From: a virus
Taxonomy: Duplodnaviria; Caudoviricetes
Direction: 5' to 3' (one strand)
DNA: 51,229 nt
Virus record (IMG/VR): IMGVR_UViG_3300037419_001302
Location: 1-51,229 of that record
The notes beneath the pieces are model-generated. The model worked only from the letters and a program-made list of their open reading frames with translations. It made no database searches and had not been told where the DNA came from. The position numbers were made by a program, and so were the translations under genes. Shown here in pieces: positions 16,749-26,153 of this stretch (position 1 is its first letter; every line of letters begins with the position of its first letter).

Positions 16749-18124
16749 CGTCCGGCTTCCCCGAAGATTGGGGCCTTGAGCCTCCGAATCGTGTGAAGGT
16801 CGCGCACGGTGATAGCCGCGAGGTCATAAAGCGGCTCGCCGACTGCAGCATCGACTCGGTCGTCACCGACCCGCCTTACGCGCTGGTCTCGATCCAGAAG
16901 CGGTTCGGAAAGCCGGGCAGCGCACCGACGAAAGACGGCGACGTTTATTCCCGCGCCTCCGCTGGCTTCATGGGGAAGCAGTGGGACACCGGCGATACGG
17001 CGTTCGATCCCGAGTTCTGGCGCGACGTGCTCCGCGTGCTCAAGCCCGGCGGCCATGTTCTCGCCTTCGGTGGCACACGGACCTATCACCGCCTCGCCTG
17101 CGCGATCGAGAACGCGGGCTTTGAGATCCGCGATCAGGTGGGCTGGCTCTATGGTTCGGGCTTTCCGAAGTCGCACGATGTTAGCAAGGGTATCGACAAA
17201 GCCGAGGGCGCCGAGCGCGAAGTCATCCGCGAGCGCTACACCGCGAAGCGAATCAAGCCGGGCGCAACGGTCGTGCGCGAGGGCGCGTACAGCAAGCAGG
17301 ATGTAACTTTCACCGCCTGCGATACGGCCCCAGCGACGGAAGATGCGGCGCACTGGCAAGGCTGGGGCACAGCCCTCAAGCCCGCATGGGAGCCCATCGT
17401 CCTCGCCCGCAAGCCGTTGATCGGCACCGTCGCCGAGAACGTGCTGCAGCACGGCACCGGGGCGCTGAATATCGACGGGTGCCGTGTTGACGCAGAGAAG
17501 CCTACAGGCTGGGCTGGGGCTGGGGCTGGGGGCAATACTTGGAACGAGACGAACAACGGTCTCGGCAAAGACGGTGAGCCGCGCCCGGTAAATGGCCGCT
17601 GGCCCGCCAACGTGATCCACGACGGTAGCGAGGAAGTGGTCGCGGCGTTTCCTGAAGCTGGGGGGCAGCGCGCCACGGTAGGCCCGCAGCATGGCCCGAA
17701 GTCCAGCGTGAACACTTACGGCGATTACGGCCCGCGGGAAACGTTCGAGCCCCGTGGCGATTCCGGCTCCGCCGCCCGGTTCTTCTACTCCGCCAAAGCC
17801 GACGCGAACGACCGCCTTGGTTCCAGGCATCCGACCGTTAAGCCCGTGGATCTGATGCGCTACCTCTGCCGGCTGGTGACGCCGCCCGGCGGACTGGTCC
17901 TTGATCCTTTCGCGGGCAGCGGTTCAACGGGCGTCGCCTGCATCGCCGAAGGATTCCGCGCCGTCCTGATCGAGCGCGAGGCCGAATACGTCGAGGACAT
18001 CCGCCGCCGGATCGCGTGGGCGCAAGGCGAGGGCGGACTGACCGAGGGCGAGAAGGTCGCCAAGGTGCCGGAGGACAAGAAGCGCGGTGACGACCTGCCG
18101 CTGTTCGGAGGTGAAGCCGCATGA
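16745..18124 (+). CDS. N4-cytosine/N6-adenine DNA methyltransferase (beta class)
   Basis: VTDPPY near the N-terminus; HPTVKP and VLDPFAGSGST near the C-terminus. Confidence 0.93.
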   Translation: MTSGFPEDWGLEPPNRVKVAHGDSREVIKRLADCSIDSVVTDPPYALVSIQKRFGKPGSAPTKDGDVYSRASAGFMGKQWDTGDTAFDPEFWRDVLRVLKPGGHVLAFGGTRTYHRLACAIENAGFEIRDQVGWLYGSGFPKSHDVSKGIDKAEGAEREVIRERYTAKRIKPGATVVREGAYSKQDVTFTACDTAPATEDAAHWQGWGTALKPAWEPIVLARKPLIGTVAENVLQHGTGALNIDGCRVDAEKPTGWAGAGAGGNTWNETNNGLGKDGEPRPVNGRWPANVIHDGSEEVVAAFPEAGGQRATVGPQHGPKSSVNTYGDYGPRETFEPRGDSGSAARFFYSAKADANDRLGSRHPTVKPVDLMRYLCRLVTPPGGLVLDPFAGSGSTGVACIAEGFRAVLIEREAEYVEDIRRRIAWAQGEGGLTEGEKVAKVPEDKKRGDDLPLFGGEAA

Positions 18125-18333
18125 CCCCCGCCGACCTCATCACCTGGGCCCACCAAGAGACCAACACGGTCGGGCAGCCCATTACGCCCGCCGAGGAATG
18201 CCTCGCCGCGCATTTGGCCGAAGCCCTGAAGGGATGCTCGGTCGCCTTCTTGCGATGCCACGCGATCCTGAACGGACTCAGGAACGCGGAACTGCCGAAG
18301 CTGAAGCTCGATACCGAGGAGCCCGTCTCCTAG
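18121..18333 (+). CDS. Hypothetical protein
   Basis: Coupled to both neighbours. Confidence 0.55.
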   Translation: MTPADLITWAHQETNTVGQPITPAEECLAAHLAEALKGCSVAFLRCHAILNGLRNAELPKLKLDTEEPVS

Positions 18334-18734
18334 TGTTCAGCTATTCCCAACATGGCCTGCGGCAGACGGCGCCGGTGGCGAAGGCGAAGGCCACGAAGTC
18401 TGACCCGCGAGTCGATCCCGCCCGCGACGCGAAGCTCGCCCGACTGTGGGCGCAAGGCATGTCCGGAATCGAGATTGCCAAAGCTCTCGGCTTCGCCCGC
18501 CGCACCTCGGTCTATGCCGCCGCCGCTCGGCTCAAGCTGCCGGCTCGTAACAACGCCGCGGCGCGGGACTTGGGTGAGGTCGACCGCATTATCCGCGAGT
18601 GCTGGCCAGATCGCTCCCTGACCACGGCGGACATCGCGGCCAAATGTGGGTGGCGACACGGGCAAGCGGTAACGAAGCGCGCCCGCGCTCTCGGACTTCC
18701 GAATCGGCTTCGCGTGAAGAGGACCCCAGCATGA
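18333..18734 (+). CDS. GcrA-like protein with two HTH units
   Basis: LARLWAQGMSGIEIAKALG..SVYAAAARLKL and a second unit TADIAAKCG..AVTKRARALGL. Confidence 0.65.
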   Translation: MFSYSQHGLRQTAPVAKAKATKSDPRVDPARDAKLARLWAQGMSGIEIAKALGFARRTSVYAAAARLKLPARNNAAARDLGEVDRIIRECWPDRSLTTADIAAKCGWRHGQAVTKRARALGLPNRLRVKRTPA

Positions 18735-20149
18735 GTACCGCCGCCCTTCCCGAATCTCTTCCGCTGGCGAACCTCCCCGCCGAGCAACGCCTGTTGGGAG
18801 CGCTCCTCCACAACAACAAGACCTACGACCGCGTTGCCGGGAAACTGAAGCCTGAGCACTTTGCAGAACCTCTGCACGGACGGATTTTCGCCGCCATCGC
18901 CCGGCTGATCGAGCGGGGTACGCCGGCCAACCCCGTGACCTTGAAGAACCTGTTCGAAGCCGACTCCGCGATGAAGGACGCCGGCGGCCCGGTCTATCTC
19001 GCACGCCTCGCCGGCCACATGATCGATCCGCGTCCGGAAGGCTACGCCGGGATCATCACCGATCTGTGGGTGCGCCGGCGCGTGATGACGATTTGCGCCG
19101 ATGGCATGGAACGGGCCTCTGTCCCAGCCACGAACGAATCGGCTGCGGACACGGTTGCCGCGATCGGCAAAGACCTCGATTCCGTACTGGAAGGAACGAC
19201 CGACAGCGAGCTCGCGCCTCTGTCCAAGGGCGTCGCCGGAGCGCTCCACGGCATCGAAGCGGCTTGGAAGGAGAAGGGGAGGCCGCAAGGCGTGGTCACC
19301 GGTATCTCCGACCTCGACACGCGTCTTGGAGGACTGCGGCCGGGCAACCTCTACGTCCTCGCTGGACGTCCGAGCATGGGCAAGTCTTCGCTCGCCGCCA
19401 ATGCCATGCTCGGCGCCGGACAGGCGGGGTTCGGTGTGGCGTGTTTCTCGGCCGAGATGACCGCAGACGACTACAGCACCTTCATGCTGTCCCGCGTCAC
19501 CGGGATCGATATCGACCGGCTGCGCAAGGGTGCCGTCGATAACAACCATTTCGAGCAACTCATCCGGGCCCAGCGCGATATCGACAAGCTGCCGATCCTG
19601 ATCAACGACCGCGCCCGCCCATCCGTGGCGGAGATGCGCGCTCAGGCTCGCGTAGCCTGCCGGCGGCAAAAGCTCGGCTTGATCGTCGTCGACCACATCG
19701 GCTTGGTCCGTGCCGACCGTCGCTACGACAATCGCACGGCCGAAATCACCGATATCACCGGGAGCCTGGTCCAGCTCGCCAAGGAAACCAACACCGCCGT
19801 CCTGGCTCTCTCGCAGCTCTCCCGAGAGGTCGAGAAGCGCGAGGACAAGCGGCCGGTCCTTTCCGACCTGCGCGACTCCGGATCCATCGAGCAGGACGCC
19901 GTGACGGTGATGTTTCTCTACCGTCACGAATACTACCTCGAGCGCAACCCGCCGGGCGCCAAGGCCAGCCCGCAGGCGAAGCTCGATCACTCCGAGATGT
20001 TCGATCTCGCCCGCAACCGCTGCGAGGTGATCTTCGCAAAGCACCGGTTCGGGCCCATCGGGAAGATCGATCTCTACTACGACGACAGCATCTGCCGCTT
20101 CGGCAACCTTGCCGACGCGCCGAACGAAAGTGTTGGGGGGCTCCTTTGA
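18731..20149 (+). CDS. dnaB: Replicative DNA helicase DnaB
   Basis: AEQRLLGALL, AGRPSMGKS, IVVDHIGL, LSQLSR, DLRDSGSIEQDA, AKHRFGP. Confidence 0.95.
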   Translation: MSTAALPESLPLANLPAEQRLLGALLHNNKTYDRVAGKLKPEHFAEPLHGRIFAAIARLIERGTPANPVTLKNLFEADSAMKDAGGPVYLARLAGHMIDPRPEGYAGIITDLWVRRRVMTICADGMERASVPATNESAADTVAAIGKDLDSVLEGTTDSELAPLSKGVAGALHGIEAAWKEKGRPQGVVTGISDLDTRLGGLRPGNLYVLAGRPSMGKSSLAANAMLGAGQAGFGVACFSAEMTADDYSTFMLSRVTGIDIDRLRKGAVDNNHFEQLIRAQRDIDKLPILINDRARPSVAEMRAQARVACRRQKLGLIVVDHIGLVRADRRYDNRTAEITDITGSLVQLAKETNTAVLALSQLSREVEKREDKRPVLSDLRDSGSIEQDAVTVMFLYRHEYYLERNPPGAKASPQAKLDHSEMFDLARNRCEVIFAKHRFGPIGKIDLYYDDSICRFGNLADAPNESVGGLL

Positions 20150-21126
20150 CCGAACCGTCTCCGTTGACGCCGATTGACTGCGATCTGCGAGATTTCGCTT
20201 TCATGCCCCTCGATGTCGTGCGACTCCGCGACAGCGATCTTGCCGCCGTTCCGGACGCTGAGGTGTTCCGGGCGGCCGTCCTGGCATGGTGCGCGTCCTG
20301 GCATCAAATCCCTGCCGCCAGCCTGCCTGATGACGATGCAGTGCTGGCTCGACTCCTCGGCTACGGACGCGACGTGAAGAGCTGGATGAAACTGCGCGAG
20401 GCGGGGGCCCTCCGCGGCTTCCGGAAGTGCAGCGATGGGCGCCTCTACCATCCGGTTGTTGCAGAAAAGGCGATCGACGCCTGGGAAGCCAAGAAGGCGC
20501 AACGCGACAGAACCCGCAAAGCGCGCGAGGCGCGCCTGTCACGCGGTCAGCAACAATCAAAGTCACAGGATCAGTCACAACAAACCTCACAACCTCTGTC
20601 ACAGAACGGAGAAACGTCTGTCACAGAACCAGTCACAGACGACGTTACAGGCTCCAAGGGACAGGGACAGGGACAGGGAGAATCTTCCGTTCCTAACGGA
20701 ACGGGCGCCAGCGCCCCGGTCGAGTTGTTTCCGAAGGACCCACCTGCCGAGCGACCGAAGCCGAAATCCGAACCGGACCTGACGGTGATCCCGCTGAACC
20801 TCGTCGCGGTCACCGACCCCGGCAAGGCGGTGTTCAGCCACGGCGTGGCGTTCGTTCGCAGGCTGACCGGCAAGCCCGAGGACGCGGTGCGGCGGATGAT
20901 CGGCAAGTGGCGCCAGCAGCTTCGCAACGACGACCGCCGGCTGTGGGGGCTATTCGTGGCGGCCGACGCTGTGCCCGGCGGCGTGGCCGATCTCGCAAGC
21001 TGGATCGGTGCCCGCTTGCGCGAAGGACCGCCCGCGAGCGCCAAATCATCCGAACCCGACGACGGCCTTAACCCGACCGCTCGCGCCATCATCGACGAGC
21101 TCAAGGCGACGAAGGGGGCGGCATGA
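20146..21126 (+). CDS. DUF1376 / YdaU-like replication protein
   Basis: FMPLDVVRLRDSDL..SWHQIPAASLPDDDAVLARL..DGRLYHPVVAE; VT-rich linker ending KGQGQGQG. Confidence 0.8.
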   Translation: MTEPSPLTPIDCDLRDFAFMPLDVVRLRDSDLAAVPDAEVFRAAVLAWCASWHQIPAASLPDDDAVLARLLGYGRDVKSWMKLREAGALRGFRKCSDGRLYHPVVAEKAIDAWEAKKAQRDRTRKAREARLSRGQQQSKSQDQSQQTSQPLSQNGETSVTEPVTDDVTGSKGQGQGQGESSVPNGTGASAPVELFPKDPPAERPKPKSEPDLTVIPLNLVAVTDPGKAVFSHGVAFVRRLTGKPEDAVRRMIGKWRQQLRNDDRRLWGLFVAADAVPGGVADLASWIGARLREGPPASAKSSEPDDGLNPTARAIIDELKATKGAA

Positions 21127-21428
21127 CCGGCGCCATCAACACCCACGCGATCGAGCGGGCCCGCGAGCGCTATGGTTTGACGCTGGATCGTTGGGACTTG
21201 CTCGCCATTGCCAGCATCATCCGCGCCGGGAAAACCGTTTTGACGCGCCGGCAACGGGACGGGCGCGAGGTCCACGCGCTTGAGTATCGGGGCGTCGCCG
21301 TCGTGGCCCTGTACGATCTGCGCGATCGCTGCGTGACGACGTTTCTGCCGATGCGCGAAGTGATTTCGAGCCGCGCCGCGCGGCGGGGACGCAAGACGGC
21401 GAAGCGCCATGAAGCGGGTGCGGCATGA
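21123..21428 (+). CDS. Hypothetical protein (THAIERARERYG ... VTTFLP)
   Basis: ATGA coupling; pattern loosely resembles the RelE/DUF4258 fold. Confidence 0.7.
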   Translation: MTGAINTHAIERARERYGLTLDRWDLLAIASIIRAGKTVLTRRQRDGREVHALEYRGVAVVALYDLRDRCVTTFLPMREVISSRAARRGRKTAKRHEAGAA

Positions 21429-21979
21429 CGGTCATCTGCGCTCTGCACCTCCCGGGTCAAGGAACGTGGATCGGCAGCGACCGGCAGGTGACGGTCGGGG
21501 ATACGCCGCTGATGCTCGAACGAAAGTTCGTGAGCCTCGGCCGGTGGTGGGTTGGGGTGAGCGGCAGCATGACGACGCTCAACCTGCTCGATGAACTTGA
21601 GCGCGCTGGGTACTGCCCGGACAGTCCGTCCGCCCTATGGGAGGTGATCCGTGAACGCATGGATCGCGCCGGCTACAGCACATCCACCGAGCGCGACGGC
21701 GGCCCAAAGGGTTACGACCAAGCCTTCATCGCCGCTGATGGCGATGGCGTCTGGGACATCAACGGCCGCGGAAGCATCGTTCGCGTGCCGGACGGGAAGG
21801 TGTGGGCGCGCGGCGGCGGTGGGGATTACGCCATCGGTGCCGGCCTCGCCTACCGCGAGATGGACGTCGCCCCGCGCACCGTCATCGAAAAGGCTGTCCG
21901 CGCGGCTGTGGATAGCGATATCTGCTGCGGCGGGACGCCGTGGCTGCACCACATTCGGCCCGAGCAAGGGGGATGCTGA
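21425..21979 (+). CDS. HslV / proteasome-beta-like Ntn peptidase
   Basis: N-terminal M-T, GSDRQVT, K, VGVSGS, GGGGDYAIGA, D..CGG. Confidence 0.75.
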   Translation: MTVICALHLPGQGTWIGSDRQVTVGDTPLMLERKFVSLGRWWVGVSGSMTTLNLLDELERAGYCPDSPSALWEVIRERMDRAGYSTSTERDGGPKGYDQAFIAADGDGVWDINGRGSIVRVPDGKVWARGGGGDYAIGAGLAYREMDVAPRTVIEKAVRAAVDSDICCGGTPWLHHIRPEQGGC

Positions 21980-22443
21980 TGGCAAAGCGCAAGGGCTGGC
22001 GGAATCGAAAGCGTCCCGCCGTCATTCGGGAAGAGCGGTGGGGGCCCACTCCTGAGACGCTGGCGAAGATCCAGCCCGACCCGTTGGCCCTGTTGCTCGA
22101 CAGCGACGAGGCGCGGGAATGCCTGTGCGGCAAGACCCGGCTCGAATCCGCGGCCGAGGAAATCCGCGCCGTCTACATGGCGGTGACCCGGACCGTGATG
22201 TGCAAGCTGCCGAGCGCCAACGGTGGGGGAGGCCGGTCGCCGGAAATCCCCGATGCGCTGGCGTGGGCTCATCTGCACACGTACATGCCGTGGGCCAATC
22301 ACTGGGGGCACAGCCGGGTGCTGGAAGCGGTGATCGACGTCGTTGTCGATCGCTACCAGTCGCCCCCTGCCGCCCGTGCGTCCATCGTCACAGCCCTCGC
22401 GGACTACGCCAAGCGCATGCGCGAGCGGGCAGTGTCAAATTAG
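21979..22443 (+). CDS. Hypothetical protein in the late-regulator (Q-like) position
   Basis: Last early gene before the promoter and terminator that precede terS; function inferred from position only. Confidence 0.6.
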   Translation: MAKRKGWRNRKRPAVIREERWGPTPETLAKIQPDPLALLLDSDEARECLCGKTRLESAAEEIRAVYMAVTRTVMCKLPSANGGGGRSPEIPDALAWAHLHTYMPWANHWGHSRVLEAVIDVVVDRYQSPPAARASIVTALADYAKRMRERAVSN

Positions 22444-22467
22444 GACACTACCGCGTCACTACCCAAC

Positions 22468-22496
22468 TTGACATTTTCCCCATCCCGGTTGACAGT
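22468..22496 (+). promoter_or_regulatory. Putative late promoter
   Basis: TTGACA-N17-GACAGT in the intergenic gap before terS. Confidence 0.5.
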
Positions 22497-22515
22497 ATCC
22501 GCACTCTGATTTTCT

Positions 22516-22552
22516 GCGCCCGCCCGGACCCTCCGCGCGGGCGTTTTCATTT
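22516..22552 (+). terminator. Terminator-like hairpin between the late promoter and terS
   Basis: GCGCCCGC..GCGGGCGT followed by TTTCATTT. Confidence 0.55.
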
Positions 22553-22563
22553 CCGGAGGCCCC

Positions 22564-22998
22564 ATGCCCGTGCTGTCCAACGCACGCTGGGAGCGCTTCG
22601 CTCAGGAGCTTGCCAAGGGCAAGACGCAGGACGAGGCCTACAAGCTCGCTGGGTACAAGCCCAACGCGGGCAACGCCTCGCGCCTGAAAGGAAATGACAA
22701 GATCGCTGACAGGGTGAGAGAAATCCTCGGCAAAGTCGCCAAGAAGACCGAGGTAACGATCGAGACCATCGCCGCACAGCTCGATGAGGACCGTTCGCTG
22801 GCCCACGCGGCGGAGCAAGCGGGCGCGGCAGTTTCAGCGACTCTCGGCAAGGCCAAGCTCTATGGCCTCCTGGCGGAGAAGCACGAGCACTCCGGCCCCA
22901 ACGGCGCGCCGATCCAGACCGAGGATGTCTCGCTTCTCACTCCGACCGAGCGCCAGCAGCGCTTGGCGGCCCTTCTTGTGGGGAAGACCGGAGCCTGA
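22564..22998 (+). CDS. terS: Terminase small subunit
   Basis: LSNARWERFAQELAKG..AYKLAGY..NASRL; C-terminal HSGPNGAPI. Confidence 0.85.
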   Translation: MPVLSNARWERFAQELAKGKTQDEAYKLAGYKPNAGNASRLKGNDKIADRVREILGKVAKKTEVTIETIAAQLDEDRSLAHAAEQAGAAVSATLGKAKLYGLLAEKHEHSGPNGAPIQTEDVSLLTPTERQQRLAALLVGKTGA

Positions 22999-23001
22999 TC
23001 G

Positions 23002-24567
23002 TTGGATGCCATCGCTGACCTTGTGGCGCGGTACGACACGCTGCCCGAGGACCAGCGGGCTCTTGTGGACCAACTCATTGCCGCGGACATCAAGGCGGTT
23101 CCGTGGCGGCCGCTGATCAATCTGACCGATCCCTCGATCCCGACGCCGCAGCAGCAGGCCTACGAAAGTCTGGCCGATATCATGCTGTACGGCGGGGCTG
23201 CGGGTGGAGGTAAGACCGACCTCCTTGCGGGGCTGGCCCTGACCCGACACAAGCGAACGATTCTGTTTCGCCGCGAATCAACGCAGCTGTCCGGATTGAT
23301 CGAGCGGATCCTGGAAATCCGCAAGACCCGCGACGGCTACAACGCTCAACCGCCGCCCCGGTTCAACCTTCCCGACGGTCGTTTGATCCGGCTCGGGGGC
23401 ATGCAGCATGCGGGCGACGAGATCGCCTATCAGGGGCGCCCGTTCGACCTGATGGGCTTCGACGAGCTGACACAATTTCTCGAGCAGCAGTTCCGGTACG
23501 TCACGACCTGGAACCGGTCTACCGATCCAAAGCAGCGGTGCCGGATCGTCGCGGCCACGAACCCTCCAACCACGGCCGAGGGAGAGTGGGTCGTTCGGTT
23601 CTGGGCGCCGTGGCTGGACGATCAGTATCCCAACCCGGCGCTCCCGGGCGAGCTTCGCTGGTTCGTCTCCGACGAGCACGGAAAGGACATCGAAGTCGAA
23701 GGGCCTGAGCCGGTGAAAGTCGGCGCGGACTTGATGACCCCTCGTTCGCGGACGTTCATTCCGTCGAGCATCGACGACAACCCCTTCTTGGTTGCCACCG
23801 GCTACAAGGCGACGCTGCAGGCGCTTCCGGAGCCCCTGCGCTCGCAGATGCTGCGGGGCGACTTCACCGCCGGCCGAGAGGACGACCCCTGGCAGGTCAT
23901 TCCGACGGCGTGGGTCAAGGCGGCCCAGGATCGCTGGACGCCTGATAAGCCGCGCGAGCGAATGTCAGCCCTCGGCGTGGATGTTGCCATGGGCGGAAAG
24001 GATCAGACGGTCCTTCAGCCTCGTTACGGAGATTGGTTCGGCGAGCCGATCGCCAAGCCCGGTGCGGAGACGCCGGATAGTCGCATCACGGCCGGGCTGA
24101 TTGTCGCCACGCTGCGGGACGGCGCGCCGGCATGCATTGATGTCATCGGTCCGGGCGGTGAGGCTTTCGGGCATCTCGACGGCCAGGGCCTGAACGTCAT
24201 CGCCATGGATGGCTCGAAGCCGAGCTACGAGACCGACAAATCCGGGAAGCTCTCGTTCTACAACCTGCGGGCGCAGTGGTATTGGCGCATGCGCGAGGCC
24301 TTGGACCCGGCCGGGGATTTTCCGATTGCACTTCCTCCGCACTCGGCGCTCCGGGCCGATCTGTGCGCTCCACGCTGGAAACTGACTCCCCGGGGAATCC
24401 AGGTCGAGGCCAAGCCCGACATCATCAAGCGGCTCGGCCGGTCCCCAGACTTCGGCGACGCCGCTGTGTATGCCCTGCTGGACCCACCCAGGCACGATCT
24501 CCGTAAAGGCGCGCGGCCCGTTCGCGCGAACAGCAGCTATTCGCCCCACCGGTTCCGGAGAGGTTGA
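23002..24567 (+). CDS. terL: Terminase large subunit
   Basis: YGGAAGGGKT, FDELTQF, ATNP, GVDVA..G.D.T, SPDFGDA. Confidence 0.95.
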   Translation: MDAIADLVARYDTLPEDQRALVDQLIAADIKAVPWRPLINLTDPSIPTPQQQAYESLADIMLYGGAAGGGKTDLLAGLALTRHKRTILFRRESTQLSGLIERILEIRKTRDGYNAQPPPRFNLPDGRLIRLGGMQHAGDEIAYQGRPFDLMGFDELTQFLEQQFRYVTTWNRSTDPKQRCRIVAATNPPTTAEGEWVVRFWAPWLDDQYPNPALPGELRWFVSDEHGKDIEVEGPEPVKVGADLMTPRSRTFIPSSIDDNPFLVATGYKATLQALPEPLRSQMLRGDFTAGREDDPWQVIPTAWVKAAQDRWTPDKPRERMSALGVDVAMGGKDQTVLQPRYGDWFGEPIAKPGAETPDSRITAGLIVATLRDGAPACIDVIGPGGEAFGHLDGQGLNVIAMDGSKPSYETDKSGKLSFYNLRAQWYWRMREALDPAGDFPIALPPHSALRADLCAPRWKLTPRGIQVEAKPDIIKRLGRSPDFGDAAVYALLDPPRHDLRKGARPVRANSSYSPHRFRRG

Positions 24568-24752
24568 TGAACCGTATCGAGCCGACCGAGGCAGAGCGCC
24601 GCAACGGCTGGGACGCCGACTCGCTCGCCCGGTACGTCGCCGAGCGCAACCAGGCGAACGCGGCGATCATCAACCACGATCCGGAGGCGCGTCCGAAAGC
24701 GCGACCCACGGTGGCGAACAGCAAGTATTCCCCGCATCGGTGCTGGAGGTAG
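24567..24752 (+). CDS. Small protein whose C-terminus duplicates the TerL C-terminal tail
   Basis: ARPTVANSKYSPHRCWR versus TerL ARPVRANSSYSPHRFRR; RBS and TGATG coupling. Confidence 0.75.
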   Translation: MNRIEPTEAERRNGWDADSLARYVAERNQANAAIINHDPEARPKARPTVANSKYSPHRCWR

Positions 24753-24754
24753 GT

Positions 24755-25024
24755 GTGAACCCGTTCGCTCTCGTCACCTACGGGACATGCGACAGCGGCG
24801 CCAGCCCGACGATGATTGCACTGACGCAGGACGCGGCTCTGCGGCGCGTCGGCTGGCATCCCGGCATCCCTGTGCGGCGCTCCGTGGAAACGCGGGAAGG
24901 CGTCGTCTTCCATTTCGCTGAGGCCGATATCCCCCGCTGGCGCACTTGGCGCGCTCGCCTTGTGGTGCGCTATTGCTGGCGCATCCGGTATCGCTGGCTG
25001 TGGCTCAAGGCGGCGTTCGAATGA
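24755..25024 (+). CDS. Hypothetical protein
   Basis: GGAGG RBS, GTG start, ATGA coupling. Confidence 0.55.
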   Translation: MNPFALVTYGTCDSGASPTMIALTQDAALRRVGWHPGIPVRRSVETREGVVFHFAEADIPRWRTWRARLVVRYCWRIRYRWLWLKAAFE

Positions 25025-25503
25025 AGCCCCACCAGCCTCTCCGCTGCAAGCCCGGCGACATGCTCGAATACGCCATTTGGCTCGACGGTCGTGAAACACC
25101 GGAGGCGCGGGCGGACTTCGAGGAGGCCTGCCGGATCGCCATGAAGCGCGCCGAGGAGGAGGCCAAGATCGTCACGGGACCGATGACCTTCACCGAGAAG
25201 CGCCCGGGCGAGCATCGCGTTCCCCCGGTTCCGCGTGACATCGCCGGGCCGAACGTCCGGTTGCTTGTCGCTGAGGCCCCGGTGATCGGCCGCAAGCGGC
25301 TGGTGATCGAAACCTCGTTCCTGATGGACCTGGACCCCAAGGACCTGGAACGCCTGCGCGCGGTCACCAAGGCGGCCTACGCGAAGGCAAACCCCGACGC
25401 CAACCACGTCCTGAGCGACGAGAAGGCCGACGCCTACATCGAATCGCTCGGCCCCGACGCGGCGTTGGAAACGCTGCGCAACGGAACGCGCACGGTCCAC
25501 TGA
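25021..25503 (+). CDS. Hypothetical protein
   Basis: Coupled to both neighbours; GC-rich third positions. Confidence 0.75.
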   Translation: MKPHQPLRCKPGDMLEYAIWLDGRETPEARADFEEACRIAMKRAEEEAKIVTGPMTFTEKRPGEHRVPPVPRDIAGPNVRLLVAEAPVIGRKRLVIETSFLMDLDPKDLERLRAVTKAAYAKANPDANHVLSDEKADAYIESLGPDAALETLRNGTRTVH

Positions 25504-26150
25504 TGGTCAAGAAGTTCGTTCGTCGCCGCCCGAAGCCGAAGCCGAAGCCGAAGCCGAAACAGGAACGGACGGAGGCGCGGGCTCTCGTGGTGTTCTCCGA
25601 TGGCGGCAATCACCCGCTGTCCCGGTTCCTCAAGCCCGGCTTCGGCCATTGCTTCGTGTGTCTGAGGACCGGCGATTACTGGATCAAGGTTGACGGCCGC
25701 GAAGGCGTTCCTGAGTTCGAGGTCTTGACCCTGGGCACCTTCGATCTCGCCGCCTTCTACCGCGACAACGGCTACACGGTGGTGGAGACCGAGCCGGGCT
25801 CATCTCCGATCCGCGGCCCGTTCATTCCCGCCAACTGCGTCGGCTTGGTCCGTGCTGCCCTGTCCCTGCGGACCTGGGCGCTGACGCCGTTTCAACTGTT
25901 CAAATTCCTCACGAGGGCGCCGATGCAGATACTCCCCGGCTTCGACTCTCCCGCTCCGCCGCCCGCTCCGCCGCCGCCACCGACTCAGACCGATCCGGCG
26001 ATCAAGGATTCGCAGGACAAGCTCCGGCAGTCGGAGCTCCGGCGCAAGGGCCGCGCCGCGACCCTGCTGACGCCTCCGGACCAGAACGGCCTCGGCGACG
26101 CCAATCTGTCCCGTCCCCAGGCCCGTGCGGCCAAGCTCCTCGGCGACTGA
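25503..26150 (+). CDS. Permuted papain/NlpC-P60-like domain fused to a Pro-rich pre-portal small virion protein
   Basis: GHC..NCV..TPFQL (His before Cys); C-terminal SPAPPPAPPPPP..RRKGRAATLLT..KLLG. Confidence 0.6.
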   Translation: MVKKFVRRRPKPKPKPKPKQERTEARALVVFSDGGNHPLSRFLKPGFGHCFVCLRTGDYWIKVDGREGVPEFEVLTLGTFDLAAFYRDNGYTVVETEPGSSPIRGPFIPANCVGLVRAALSLRTWALTPFQLFKFLTRAPMQILPGFDSPAPPPAPPPPPTQTDPAIKDSQDKLRQSELRRKGRAATLLTPPDQNGLGDANLSRPQARAAKLLGD

Positions 26151-26153
26151 GCC

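Noticed and set aside
20535-20680. Repeated GTCACA(G/A) motifs as a novel repeat element
   Set aside because: They lie in the linker of the replication protein and fit ordinary lambdoid origin iterons; plausible as ori but not unusual.
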